Part shown: one piece after another, positions 16,018 through 24,520 of the stretch
How the letters are laid out: the number at the start of each line of letters is the position of its first letter
How positions within the stretch are numbered: position 1 is the stretch's first letter
Assembly (NCBI GenBank): GCA_003858585.1
Contig: RQZE01000003.1
Location: forward strand, 130,002 to 162,001
Reading direction: 5' to 3'
Length of the DNA: 32,000 nucleotides
Source: Erysipelotrichaceae bacterium OH741_COT-311
GTDB taxonomy: Bacteria; Bacillota_I; Bacilli_A; Erysipelotrichales; Erysipelotrichaceae
The notes under the pieces: model-generated
What the model saw: the letters and a program-made list of their open reading frames with translations, nothing else
Told to the model about the DNA's origin: nothing
The model's database searches: none
Position numbers and translations under genes: made by a program

Positions 16018-16383
16018 CTATAATTGTTTATTTAAATCAACAATTAACATCTTATTCACTTCATCATAATTTACAGTAAACTTCTCACCATTTAAAGGCT
16101 TTTTCAATAATTTACTAATATCATCGATAACAGCTTTATTCGAAATCCTGAGATACCCTTTTCCATGAGATATTTTATGAATGTGATTCAAGTTTACAAG
16201 TTTTAAATCAATCTCTTCTTTTGTAACTGGTTTAATCGCAACCAATAAGCTCTTACTATCAATACCAATCTGGCACCATCGTACTTCATCTAAGTAATAG
16301 GCTGCATTATTGTTTAATGTAATGTTATTGGCATACAATGTACAGATTGCAGTATAAGCGCTACCTTTTGTCCATTCAAACAT
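16018..16383 (-). CDS. Hypothetical soluble protein (about 121 aa), first gene of the NfeD-SPFH operon
   Basis: Clean ORF. The ATG at 16383 has AGGTGG 7 nt upstream. There is a 12-nt gap to nfeD. I could not recognise a domain. Confidence 0.5.
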   Translation of the reverse strand: MFEWTKGSAYTAICTLYANNITLNNNAAYYLDEVRWCQIGIDSKSLLVAIKPVTKEEIDLKLVNLNHIHKISHGKGYLRISNKAVIDDISKLLKKPLNGEKFTVNYDEVNKMLIVDLNKQL

Positions 16384-16508
16384 CAAGCCACCACCTTTCT
16401 ATTCCATTATAGCATAATCTTATTTTTCTTCAACATAATATTTTTATTATTAATCCTAGACATGAACTTTCTTTAAAATTCATATATAATAATAAAGTAG
16501 GTGGAAAA

Positions 16509-17270
16509 ATGAGTACAATACAGATTAAAGACTTAAATATTTACTATGAAGTAAAAGGGAATAAAAAACAAAGTGTAATTCTATTGCATGGATGGGGGCA
16601 AAACACGACAATGATGCAAGCTATTCAAGAAGGACTACATCCGTATTTTACGGTGTACAATTTAGACTTTCCTGGCTTTGGAAAAAGCGATCCGTTAAAA
16701 CAAGCATGGTCAACCATAGATTATACCGATTTTTTAGCGAAATTCATTAATGCCCTTAACATTCAAAATCCGATTTTAATTGGACACTCTTTTGGCTGTC
16801 GAATTGCCCTTCGCTATGCCAGTCAATATCCTGTTTATAAAATGGTTTTAACAGGGGCTGCCGGATTAAAGCCAAAACGTGGATTTGACTACTATGTAAA
16901 AGTTACAACGTATAAACTGTTAAAACAAATGTTCAAGTTACCATTTCTTGCCAAGTATAAAGAAAGCATGCAAAGCAAATTTGGAAGCACTGACTATAAA
17001 AATGCCAGTCCAATTTTAAGGGAAACTTTAGTGAAGGTTGTAAATGAAGACATAAAACCACTTTTAAAAGACATCCAAGCGGAAACCTTGTTGGTCTTTG
17101 GAAGTCATGATCAGGCAACTCCACTATGGATGGGTAAAGTCATGGAAAAAACGATGCCTAATGCGACTTTAATCGTCTTTGAACAAGATGATCACTATGC
17201 CTATTTTCATCAAGCACAACGTTTTAATCTAGTGTTAGAAGCATTTTTAAAGGAGGACATCCATGATTAA
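16509..17270 (+). CDS. Alpha/beta-fold hydrolase
   Basis: HGWG oxyanion region, nucleophile elbow GHSFG, and a late D...H (DDHYAYF) consistent with a Ser-Asp-His triad. Confidence 0.8.
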   Translation: MSTIQIKDLNIYYEVKGNKKQSVILLHGWGQNTTMMQAIQEGLHPYFTVYNLDFPGFGKSDPLKQAWSTIDYTDFLAKFINALNIQNPILIGHSFGCRIALRYASQYPVYKMVLTGAAGLKPKRGFDYYVKVTTYKLLKQMFKLPFLAKYKESMQSKFGSTDYKNASPILRETLVKVVNEDIKPLLKDIQAETLLVFGSHDQATPLWMGKVMEKTMPNATLIVFEQDDHYAYFHQAQRFNLVLEAFLKEDIHD

Positions 17271-18828
17271 GTATATTGTATATCCATTGATTCTTAGTTT
17301 GTTCGTGTTAAATCTTAAAAAAGCGTTACACATGTTTCAACAAAATCGTTATGAATTTGATCGCTATACCAATTGGTTATTTCAACAGATTAAGGTCAAT
17401 GTAAAAAATATTCTACTCCTATTGCTTACCATCTTTTTTCTAATCGCAAGCTATTGGTTACAACCCTACAGTATTCTTGCCTTATCAACGATATTGGCAA
17501 TTCTTAATGTGGTGATTTATCATCAAGAAAAGAAAAAAGACTACATTAAACCACTGCACTATACCAATCGTGTAAAACGTCAATGGGTGTTTTTACTGTT
17601 CGTGTTTCTTGGTGCTTCTATATGGATTTATGCCCAAAGTGAGCTTGTTCTTTATGTGTTTAGTGCAAGTGCCTTACTTTTACCCTGGTTATGTATCTAT
17701 GCTTTGATTCTGTTAGAGCCGATTGAAAACTATGTTAAAGGACGTTTTAAAACGAAAGCAAAAAAGAAATTACAAGCGCAAACAGCATTAAAAATAATCG
17801 GTATTACCGGATCTTATGGTAAAACAAGTAGTAAGAATATCTTACAAGCAATTTTATCCGAACAATATTACTCGTTAATGACTCCGGCTTCTTTTAATAC
17901 ACCGATGGGTATTACAAGAACGGTTCATGAATATTTAAAGCCAACACATGAAGTATTTATTTGTGAAATGGGTGCCGATCGTGTGGGTGATATTAAAGAA
18001 TTAATGCAGTTTGTCCAACCTCAATATGGTGTTGTAACTTCAATTGGTCCACAACATTTAAATACTTTTAAAACAATGGAAAATATCATTCAAGAAAAGA
18101 TGCAGATGATTGAATGTTTACCAAAGGATGGAGTAGGGGTTCTTAACTATGACAATGCATATATCAAAAATTATAAAATTAGTAATACTTGTCGCATCCT
18201 TACCATTGCCATTGAAGAAAGTGAAGTAGATTATCAAGCAATAAACATACAATATACACCGTTAGGAACTACCTTCGATGTAAAAAGTAAAGATGGCATA
18301 GAAAATTATGAAACAAGACTGTTAGGTAAACATAACATTATGAATATCTTAGTTGCGATTGCATTAGCCAAAGAGTTTGGTATTACAAGTCAACAGCTAC
18401 AACATGCGATTCGTATGTGTCCTTACATCCAACATCGTTTAGAATTAAAGAACATAAATGGCTATACCTTTATTGACAATGCCTTTAACTCCAATCCAAG
18501 TGGAGCCAAGATGTCATTAGAAGTATTAAGTAGAATGCCAAATCGTCGCTTTATTATTACACCGGGCTTCATTGACTTAGGTAGTCTTCAAGAAGAAGCG
18601 AATTATGAATTTGGCTATGCGATGAAAGATAAGGTCGATGTGGTTATCTTAGTTGGAAAACATCAAACAAGACCCATTTATCAAGGGTTACAAGCAAGCA
18701 ACTTTGATTTACAACAGGTTCATGTTGTGGATAAAGTGGTGGAAGCCTTCCAGTTAGTATATCGCTTAGCGGATAAAACCGATACCATCTTACTGGAAAA
18801 TGATTTACCGGATGCCTTTAATCATTAA
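17263..18828 (+). CDS. murF: MurF-like Mur ligase (UDP-MurNAc-tripeptide--D-Ala-D-Ala ligase family) with an N-terminal polytopic membrane region
   Basis: P-loop IGITGSYGKTSSK; EMGADRVGDI; VTSIGPQHL; NAFNSNP; central and C-terminal Mur ligase domains. The first ~165 aa are four hydrophobic segments instead of the usual soluble domain 1. The start overlaps the hydrolase stop by 8 nt. Confidence 0.75.
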   Translation: MIKYIVYPLILSLFVLNLKKALHMFQQNRYEFDRYTNWLFQQIKVNVKNILLLLLTIFFLIASYWLQPYSILALSTILAILNVVIYHQEKKKDYIKPLHYTNRVKRQWVFLLFVFLGASIWIYAQSELVLYVFSASALLLPWLCIYALILLEPIENYVKGRFKTKAKKKLQAQTALKIIGITGSYGKTSSKNILQAILSEQYYSLMTPASFNTPMGITRTVHEYLKPTHEVFICEMGADRVGDIKELMQFVQPQYGVVTSIGPQHLNTFKTMENIIQEKMQMIECLPKDGVGVLNYDNAYIKNYKISNTCRILTIAIEESEVDYQAINIQYTPLGTTFDVKSKDGIENYETRLLGKHNIMNILVAIALAKEFGITSQQLQHAIRMCPYIQHRLELKNINGYTFIDNAFNSNPSGAKMSLEVLSRMPNRRFIITPGFIDLGSLQEEANYEFGYAMKDKVDVVILVGKHQTRPIYQGLQASNFDLQQVHVVDKVVEAFQLVYRLADKTDTILLENDLPDAFNH

Positions 18829-18855
18829 AAAATGTTGAATTACTTCAACATTTTT
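18828..18855. terminator. Bidirectional terminator shared by the convergent murF-like and AI-2E genes
   Basis: aaaaatgttgaa-ttac-ttcaacattttt. The right arm contains the last codons and stop of the minus-strand gene. Confidence 0.7.
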
Positions 18856-20032
18856 TAATGACTTCATTATCGACAATTTGAATCCCTTTTCGCTTTAATC
18901 TTGCATGAATATATTCAGAGCCAATGGTATAGATACAAGCTGTTAATGGAACTGCAATCAACATCCCAATCACCCCTAACATACTACCAAAGATAAAGAT
19001 GGAAACCAAGGTCCAAAGAGGGGGCAAGCCAACAGATTTACCTACTACACGTGGATAGATAACACTATTTTCAAATTGTTGAACAACTTGATAACCAATT
19101 ACAAACCAAACCGATTGCAATGGATTTAAAGAAAGAATTAAGATGGCACCAATCATCATTGCTAGTGTTGCACCGAAGACCGGTACCAAAGACAATACTG
19201 AGGTAATGGAAGCAATTAAAATAGCAAAAGGCATATTTAGAATAATCATCATTAAGTAAATAAGGCCACCGATAATTATCGCTTCCACCAATTGCCCGGA
19301 TACAAAACTTGTAAAAATATCATTACAGATGCGACTGACACGTAATACTTCCGTAAGAGGCTTATATGGAATGATGGCAGCCATAACCTTCTTTATTTGC
19401 ACAATGAGCAATTCTTTCGAACTCAATAAGTATAAACTAAACATAAATGCTAAAAACCATGTCGCTAAAACACCGGTAAACTGCGAAAAGATATTTACGA
19501 TAGAAACACCGGCATCTGAAACAATGTTGGTTGTATTTTTTAAGATGTTATTGATGTCTAAACCGGATTTACTTAGAAATTGATTGATCGAATTGGTATC
19601 AAAATTCAAGTCAATTTCTTCCAATTTAAAGAAAGCTAAAATACTATCAATGTTTTTAAGTAAGCTATCAATATAATTTCCTAAGTTTACAATTAATACA
19701 TAAACACTGTTAATTAATTGTGGAATAATGATATATCCAAAAAAGATAATAATAGTAAATGTTAAAATAACAGTAAAGAAAATGGAAATTCCACGCAGTA
19801 AATTGGTATTTTTAATATAGTTACCTAAAAAAGCTTCAATCTTTTTTAAAGGGATATTTAACACATAGGCAAAGCCAATTGCAATGGTTAAAGGTGTAAA
19901 ATAATTTAAATACTTAGCAATAAAATTCCATACCTGTTTATATTGAAAAACAAAAAACGTTAATAAAATGGCGTATGTAATCAATATAATCCAAGGCTTT
20001 AGTCTTGATAATTGTTCCTTTAAATCTTTCAT
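18845..20032 (-). CDS. AI-2E family transporter (PerM/YdiK-like permease)
   Basis: About 8 TM segments and typical family length. The conserved C-terminal region QFENSVIYPRVVGKSVGLPPLWTLVSIF matches the family signature as I recall it. Confidence 0.8.
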   Translation of the reverse strand: MKDLKEQLSRLKPWIILITYAILLTFFVFQYKQVWNFIAKYLNYFTPLTIAIGFAYVLNIPLKKIEAFLGNYIKNTNLLRGISIFFTVILTFTIIIFFGYIIIPQLINSVYVLIVNLGNYIDSLLKNIDSILAFFKLEEIDLNFDTNSINQFLSKSGLDINNILKNTTNIVSDAGVSIVNIFSQFTGVLATWFLAFMFSLYLLSSKELLIVQIKKVMAAIIPYKPLTEVLRVSRICNDIFTSFVSGQLVEAIIIGGLIYLMMIILNMPFAILIASITSVLSLVPVFGATLAMMIGAILILSLNPLQSVWFVIGYQVVQQFENSVIYPRVVGKSVGLPPLWTLVSIFIFGSMLGVIGMLIAVPLTACIYTIGSEYIHARLKRKGIQIVDNEVIKKC

Positions 20033-20126
20033 AGTAAGGTCCTCTGGTCATAATGTACAACAATTAAAGATAAAATGCAATATTTATAAAAATGTGATAA
20101 GCTTATAGAGATTAATGGAGGTTCTT

Positions 20127-21299
20127 ATGAGTATCAATGTCGCTATATTTTTTGGTGGTGAATCCGTTGAACATGAAATCAGCATTATTACTGCCAATCA
20201 AGCACTTCATGCATTAAATAAAGAAACATATCAAGTTATGCCTGTGTATGTAGCTAAAAATCGTCAGTTATATACAGGGGAAGAATTATACAATTTAGAA
20301 AACTATAAAGACTTAAATAGTTTAGTATCAAAATTAAAACAAATCACGATATATAAAGTAGATAGTCAAGTGCATATTTATCCGGTAAAACGAAATCTAT
20401 TTCAGCATAAACCACTATTTACCATTGATGTAGCTTTTCCAATTATGCATGGAACTAATGGAGAAGATGGTACCATCCAAGGCTTCTTAGAAATGTTAAA
20501 GATTCCTTATGTAGGATGTGATGTCATTGCTGCATCAGCCGGACAGGATAAAGTCATTATGAAACATGTCTTTGAAAATTCAAATTTACCGGTGATTCCA
20601 TGGTTTTGGCTTTACGGTCATCATTACATGAAAGATGAAATTTACTACAATCAAAAAGCGATGGACTTAGGTTTTCCTGTTATTGTAAAACCGGCTTCTT
20701 TAGGTTCAAGTGTTGGAATTGAATTTGCTTATGATAAGGATGGTTTAAAACAAGCGATTTTAAACGCAAGTAAATACGATAGTAAATTAGTCATTGAAAA
20801 AGCATTAAGTGATTTTAAAGAAATTAATTGTTCTGTATTAGGGAATCGTTATGCAGCCCAAAGCAGTGAATTGGAATTGATTGTTCAAGATGGTTTTTTA
20901 GATTACGATGGCAAATATGGGCAAGGTAGTAAAGGCATGGTTGCGGCAAAGCGTATTGTTCCGGCACCACTTAATGAAAATGAAAGTAAATATATTAAAG
21001 ATTTAGCGTTGGATACGTTTATGGCACTTGGAGCCAGTGGTGTATGTCGTATTGATTTTATGAAGGATGAAGTTACCAAGCAAATCTATGTCAATGAAAT
21101 TAATACCATTCCAGGCTCACTTGCTTATTATTTATGGAGTCCGGTAGGTCTATCGTTTGAACAGTTATTGGAAAAACTTATTCATATTGCGATTGATAAT
21201 TATCGTGCAAAAGAAAAGATGACATTTTCATTTGAAACTAACGTCTTAGCTAACTTTGATAGAAAAGGTATCAAAGGAAGCAAGGGTATAAAACAATAA
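20127..21299 (+). CDS. ddl: D-alanine--D-alanine ligase
   Basis: MSINVAIFFGGESVEHEISI; HGTNGEDGTIQGFLE; ATP-grasp motifs (VKPASLGSSVGI, NEINTIPG). I prefer the ATG at 20127, with GGAGG upstream, over 20115. Confidence 0.9.
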   Translation: MSINVAIFFGGESVEHEISIITANQALHALNKETYQVMPVYVAKNRQLYTGEELYNLENYKDLNSLVSKLKQITIYKVDSQVHIYPVKRNLFQHKPLFTIDVAFPIMHGTNGEDGTIQGFLEMLKIPYVGCDVIAASAGQDKVIMKHVFENSNLPVIPWFWLYGHHYMKDEIYYNQKAMDLGFPVIVKPASLGSSVGIEFAYDKDGLKQAILNASKYDSKLVIEKALSDFKEINCSVLGNRYAAQSSELELIVQDGFLDYDGKYGQGSKGMVAAKRIVPAPLNENESKYIKDLALDTFMALGASGVCRIDFMKDEVTKQIYVNEINTIPGSLAYYLWSPVGLSFEQLLEKLIHIAIDNYRAKEKMTFSFETNVLANFDRKGIKGSKGIKQ

Positions 21300-21326
21300 T
21301 CATTGTGTGATAAGGAGGAAAAAGAT

Positions 21327-22034
21327 ATGGCAACACCACACATTCAAGCAGAAAAAGGGCAAATCGCAAAGATTGTATTAATGCCCGGTGATCCGTTACG
21401 TGCAAAATTTATCGCAGAAACATTTTTAGAAAATCCTGTTTTATTCAATACTGTTCGTAATATGTTTGGTTATACAGGAACTTATAAAGGAATACCGGTA
21501 TCGGTAATGGGTTCTGGTATGGGTATGCCAAGTATCGGAATTTACTCTTATGAACTTTATACAAAATATGATGTAGAAATCATCATTCGTATCGGATCTG
21601 CCGGAGCTTATACGGAAGATTTAAAAGTATATGATGTCGTATTGGCAAATGGTGCATATTCAGAATCAACGTATGCACTTACACAATCTGGATATGATAA
21701 AGATATTACTTATCCAAGCACTTCTTTAAATGAAGCCATTGTAAAGGCAGCGAATCGCTTAGAAATTCCGCTTCATCAATCGTTAATTCATTCTTCTGAT
21801 GTATTTTATCGTCAAAGCAGTGACTATTTAAAAGATATTGTTGCAAAAGGGTGCTTAGTAGTAGAAATGGAAAGCTTTGCATTATTCCATAATGCAAGTG
21901 TTTTAAAGAAACAAGCAGCGTGCTTATTGACCATTTCTGATTCTTTTGTAAGTGAATTTGCAACAACAGCCCAAGAGCGTCAAAATAGCTTTACAAACAT
22001 GATGAAAATTGCTTTAGAAGCGATTGTCGAATGA
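21327..22034 (+). CDS. deoD: Purine-nucleoside phosphorylase, DeoD type
   Basis: MATPHIQA..G.IAK.VLMPGDPLRAKFIAETFLE...GYTGTYKG..VSVMGSGMGMPS; VVEMES motif. The ATG at 21327 is preceded by AAGGAGG. Confidence 0.9.
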   Translation: MATPHIQAEKGQIAKIVLMPGDPLRAKFIAETFLENPVLFNTVRNMFGYTGTYKGIPVSVMGSGMGMPSIGIYSYELYTKYDVEIIIRIGSAGAYTEDLKVYDVVLANGAYSESTYALTQSGYDKDITYPSTSLNEAIVKAANRLEIPLHQSLIHSSDVFYRQSSDYLKDIVAKGCLVVEMESFALFHNASVLKKQAACLLTISDSFVSEFATTAQERQNSFTNMMKIALEAIVE

Positions 22035-22222
22035 AACGACTTTTGTTTGTAAAACAACTGTCAGACCCTAAAATTCAAGAAGATATTAAACTTGCTTTAG
22101 TGGATACTGGTGTTACTTATCAGCTAAATCCAAGCAATGATTGTATTGTGATTGATGGTAACAACGATGCACTAAGAGCTTGTCGTATTGCGATTTTAGA
22201 AGCAGGTTATAAAGTAGAATAA
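22031..22222 (+). CDS. Small hypothetical protein (63 aa), possibly a ferredoxin-like/HMA-like fold without metal-binding cysteines
   Basis: The start overlaps the deoD stop (ATGA), suggesting translational coupling. A beta-alpha-beta-beta-alpha-beta pattern is suggested by alternating hydrophobic stretches. No CxxC. Confidence 0.4.
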   Translation: MKRLLFVKQLSDPKIQEDIKLALVDTGVTYQLNPSNDCIVIDGNNDALRACRIAILEAGYKVE

Positions 22223-22223
22223 A

Positions 22224-22250
22224 AAAGCTATAAGAATTTCTTATAGCTTT
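22224..22250. terminator. Bidirectional terminator between the small ORF and dut
   Basis: aaagctataagaa-t-ttcttatagcttt. The right arm encodes the last dut codons and its stop. Confidence 0.65.
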
Positions 22251-22735
22251 TCTTTGTTAGTACTACCAAATCCACCGATACGCTTTTCACTTACTTCATC
22301 ATCCATACAGATACCAAATGGTATAAAAATTCCTTGGGCAAAACCTTCACCTTGTTGAATGTTTAATATGGAATCACTATGATTGGTTATTTTAATCATG
22401 ATGTGACCTTCATTGTTTGCATGGTAATAATCACTATCAATAATACCTACTGTATTATCAAGTTGTAAACGATACTTGAAACCTAAACCGGAACGTGGAA
22501 AGATGGCTAAAAACCAACCTGGTTCTATAAAACAACGAATGCCAGTAACCAGTTTAATTGTTTCTTTTGGTTTTAATGTAAAAGCGTAAGGGGCTTTAAA
22601 ATCATAACCAGCAGAACCGGTTGTTGCTCGAGTTGGAAGGATAATTTCTTGATAACAAGAAACATCTATTGTAGGGGTAAGATCATTTGTAAATTGAGCT
22701 AAACTCACTTTTTCAAAACGTGCTATTTTATGCAT
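22241..22735 (-). CDS. dut: dUTP diphosphatase (trimeric dUTPase family)
   Basis: Motifs GSAGYDF, PRSGLGFK, GIIDSDY, RIGGFGST. Confidence 0.85.
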   Translation of the reverse strand: MHKIARFEKVSLAQFTNDLTPTIDVSCYQEIILPTRATTGSAGYDFKAPYAFTLKPKETIKLVTGIRCFIEPGWFLAIFPRSGLGFKYRLQLDNTVGIIDSDYYHANNEGHIMIKITNHSDSILNIQQGEGFAQGIFIPFGICMDDEVSEKRIGGFGSTNKEKL

Positions 22736-22814
22736 TTTATCACCAAGTAGATTATACTACAAAGCACTTGCGAAAGTAAAAATAAAAAATAATTAAAATT
22801 TTTATAAAAAGTAC

Positions 22815-22843
22815 TTGCATAAGTATTTTTATTATGGTAGTAT
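22815..22843 (+). promoter_or_regulatory. Candidate sigma-A promoter for the tRNA cluster
   Basis: TTGCAT (22815-22820), 17-nt spacer, extended -10 TGgTAGTAT (22835-22843). It lies about 24 nt upstream of tRNA-Ser. Confidence 0.5.
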
Positions 22844-22866
22844 GAATAAGCACCAAAAATAATGCT

Positions 22867-22957
22867 GAAGAAGTACTCAAGAGGCTGAAGAGGTGCCCCT
22901 GCTAAGGGTATAGGTCGAGCAATCGGCGCGAGGGTTCAAATCCCTCCTTCTTCGCCA
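22867..22957 (+). tRNA. tRNA-Ser (anticodon GCT)
   Basis: Acceptor gaagaag/cttcttc, anticodon loop ctGCTaa, long variable arm, T-loop ggttcaaatcc, encoded CCA; 91 nt. Confidence 0.9.
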
Positions 22958-22965
22958 TATTGTTT

Positions 22966-23041
22966 GGTCCGGTGGTGTAGTGGTTAACATGCCTCCCTGT
23001 CACGGAGGAGATCGCGGGTTCGAGTCCCGTCCGGACCGCCA
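22966..23041 (+). tRNA. tRNA-Asp (anticodon GTC)
   Basis: Acceptor ggtccgg/ccggacc, anticodon stem cctcc/ggagg with loop ctGTCac, T-loop ggttcgagtcc, encoded CCA; 76 nt. Confidence 0.9.
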
Positions 23042-23046
23042 TTTTT

Positions 23047-23120
23047 GCAGATGTAGTTCAATGGTAGAACGCGACCTTGCCAAGGTCGACACGAGGGTTC
23101 GATTCCCTTCATCTGCTCCA
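23047..23120 (+). tRNA. tRNA-Gly (anticodon GCC)
   Basis: Acceptor gcagatg/catctgc, anticodon stem gacct/aggtc with loop ttGCCaa, T-loop ggttcgattcc, encoded CCA; 74 nt. Confidence 0.9.
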
Positions 23121-23131
23121 TTGAACTTAAC

Positions 23132-23154
23132 GCCTTTATTTAAAGGCTTTTTTT
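23132..23154 (+). terminator. Terminator after the tRNA cluster
   Basis: Hairpin gcctttatttaaaggc followed by TTTTTTT. Confidence 0.65.
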
Positions 23155-23168
23155 ATGTTTTGACTATC

Positions 23169-23196
23169 AAAAAGGAGTTATACAAACTCCTTTTTT
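23169..23196. terminator. Hairpin at the 3' end of the yfcE-like gene (bidirectional)
   Basis: aaaaaggagtt-ataca-aactccttttt. It abuts or overlaps the TAA stop of the minus-strand gene. Confidence 0.6.
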
Positions 23197-23737
23197 ACTT
23201 GAAACGTTGTTGTTTTACAATATGACCATCTAAATCATAAATATATAAACCATCTTCACTTAATAAACCATATGTTGAAGGATTACCTCCTTTTGGCATG
23301 GAGATAGAACCGGGATTGTATAGAGTAAGAGTTCCTTGTTGTTCCAGTTGGAATAAATGGGTATGTCCATACATGAAAAAATCGTAATGTCCCTTTGGTA
23401 AATGTTCCGGATGATAAATATGTCCATGAGTTGCGAAAATGGATTTCTCATTGATGTATAGGGTTGTATAAGTCTCTAATAAATCGAAGTGTAAGACCAT
23501 TTGATCTACTTCACTATCACAATTTCCCCTTACTGCAATGATGATGTCTTTATACGAATTTAAAAGTTCACAAACTTTAGCAGGATTATATTCTTTTGGT
23601 AAAGGATTTCTTGGACCATGATAAAGGGCATCTCCTAGAAATAATAATTTATCAGCTTGGTGCAGTTTCAATAATTCAATCACTTTTGTGGCATAGAAAT
23701 AAGAACCATGTAAATCAGAAACAATCAATACTTTCAT
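23195..23737 (-). CDS. yfcE: YfcE/MJ0936-family metallophosphoesterase (phosphodiesterase)
   Basis: MKVLIVSDLHG, GDALYHGPRN, VRGNCD, THGH, GHTH. I prefer the ATG at 23737, with GGAGG upstream, over 23767. Confidence 0.85.
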   Translation of the reverse strand: MKVLIVSDLHGSYFYATKVIELLKLHQADKLLFLGDALYHGPRNPLPKEYNPAKVCELLNSYKDIIIAVRGNCDSEVDQMVLHFDLLETYTTLYINEKSIFATHGHIYHPEHLPKGHYDFFMYGHTHLFQLEQQGTLTLYNPGSISMPKGGNPSTYGLLSEDGLYIYDLDGHIVKQQRFK

Positions 23738-23901
23738 AAAAGAACCTCCAAATAGATTATAAAACAAAAAACTTTAAATGTTTGCTTAACTTTACTATAA
23801 TAGAAGTACCTGGAAGGTGACAATAGCACCTATCTGTAAAAGGTTACTACATGATTTCAAATGAAACGTTGTATCGTAGGAACGACAGTGGGAGGTAAAA
23901 A

Positions 23902-24519
23902 ATGAAATCAAAATATGTAAAAAAATTAGTACTTTTAGCTTTATTTTTGGCAATCGAATTTATTTTAATCATCAGTCCTTTAGGTTATGTGAATGTTGGA
24001 CCGGTGCGTGCAACCACATTACATATTCCTGTGATTATTGCTTCGATTGTATTGGGACCTAAATATGGAATGTTTGTAGGCTTATTCTTTGGAGCAAGCA
24101 GTGTAGCGATTAATACTTTTTCTCCAACGCCGGCATCGTTTTTATTTAGTCCTTTTTATCAAGTAGGACAATATAAAGGAAGTATATTTAGTTTAATCAT
24201 TGCCTTAGTTCCAAGAATTGGACTGGGATATTTTAGTTATTATACTTATCACTTCTTACAAAAAGGAATCAAACAAAATGATGTTGCTATTGCTTTAAGT
24301 GCATGTTTAAATACATTACTTCATTCTGCATTGGTCTTAGGCTTTATTTATATTTTTTATGCGGAAGGCTATGCAGCATTAAAAGGGGTTTCGGTATCAA
24401 AAGTATTAGGTATTATCGCTTCGATTATTGCGGTAAATGGTGTTTTAGAAACCGCTGTTGCCGGAGGTGTTGTATTAGCGGTTTGTAAAGTGATGTTTAA
24501 ATTGTATAAAGAGGATTAA
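23902..24519 (+). CDS. panT: ECF-transporter S component, probably pantothenate-specific (PanT-like)
   Basis: About 6 TM segments and ~200 aa, typical of S components. It lies 1 nt upstream of coaBC-coaX. The substrate assignment rests on genomic context only. Confidence 0.6.
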   Translation: MKSKYVKKLVLLALFLAIEFILIISPLGYVNVGPVRATTLHIPVIIASIVLGPKYGMFVGLFFGASSVAINTFSPTPASFLFSPFYQVGQYKGSIFSLIIALVPRIGLGYFSYYTYHFLQKGIKQNDVAIALSACLNTLLHSALVLGFIYIFYAEGYAALKGVSVSKVLGIIASIIAVNGVLETAVAGGVVLAVCKVMFKLYKED

Positions 24520-24520
24520 T

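Noticed and set aside
22980-23225. 81-aa ORF on the plus strand.
   Set aside because: It is a read-through of the tRNA-Asp and tRNA-Gly genes and the terminators, so it is an artefact.
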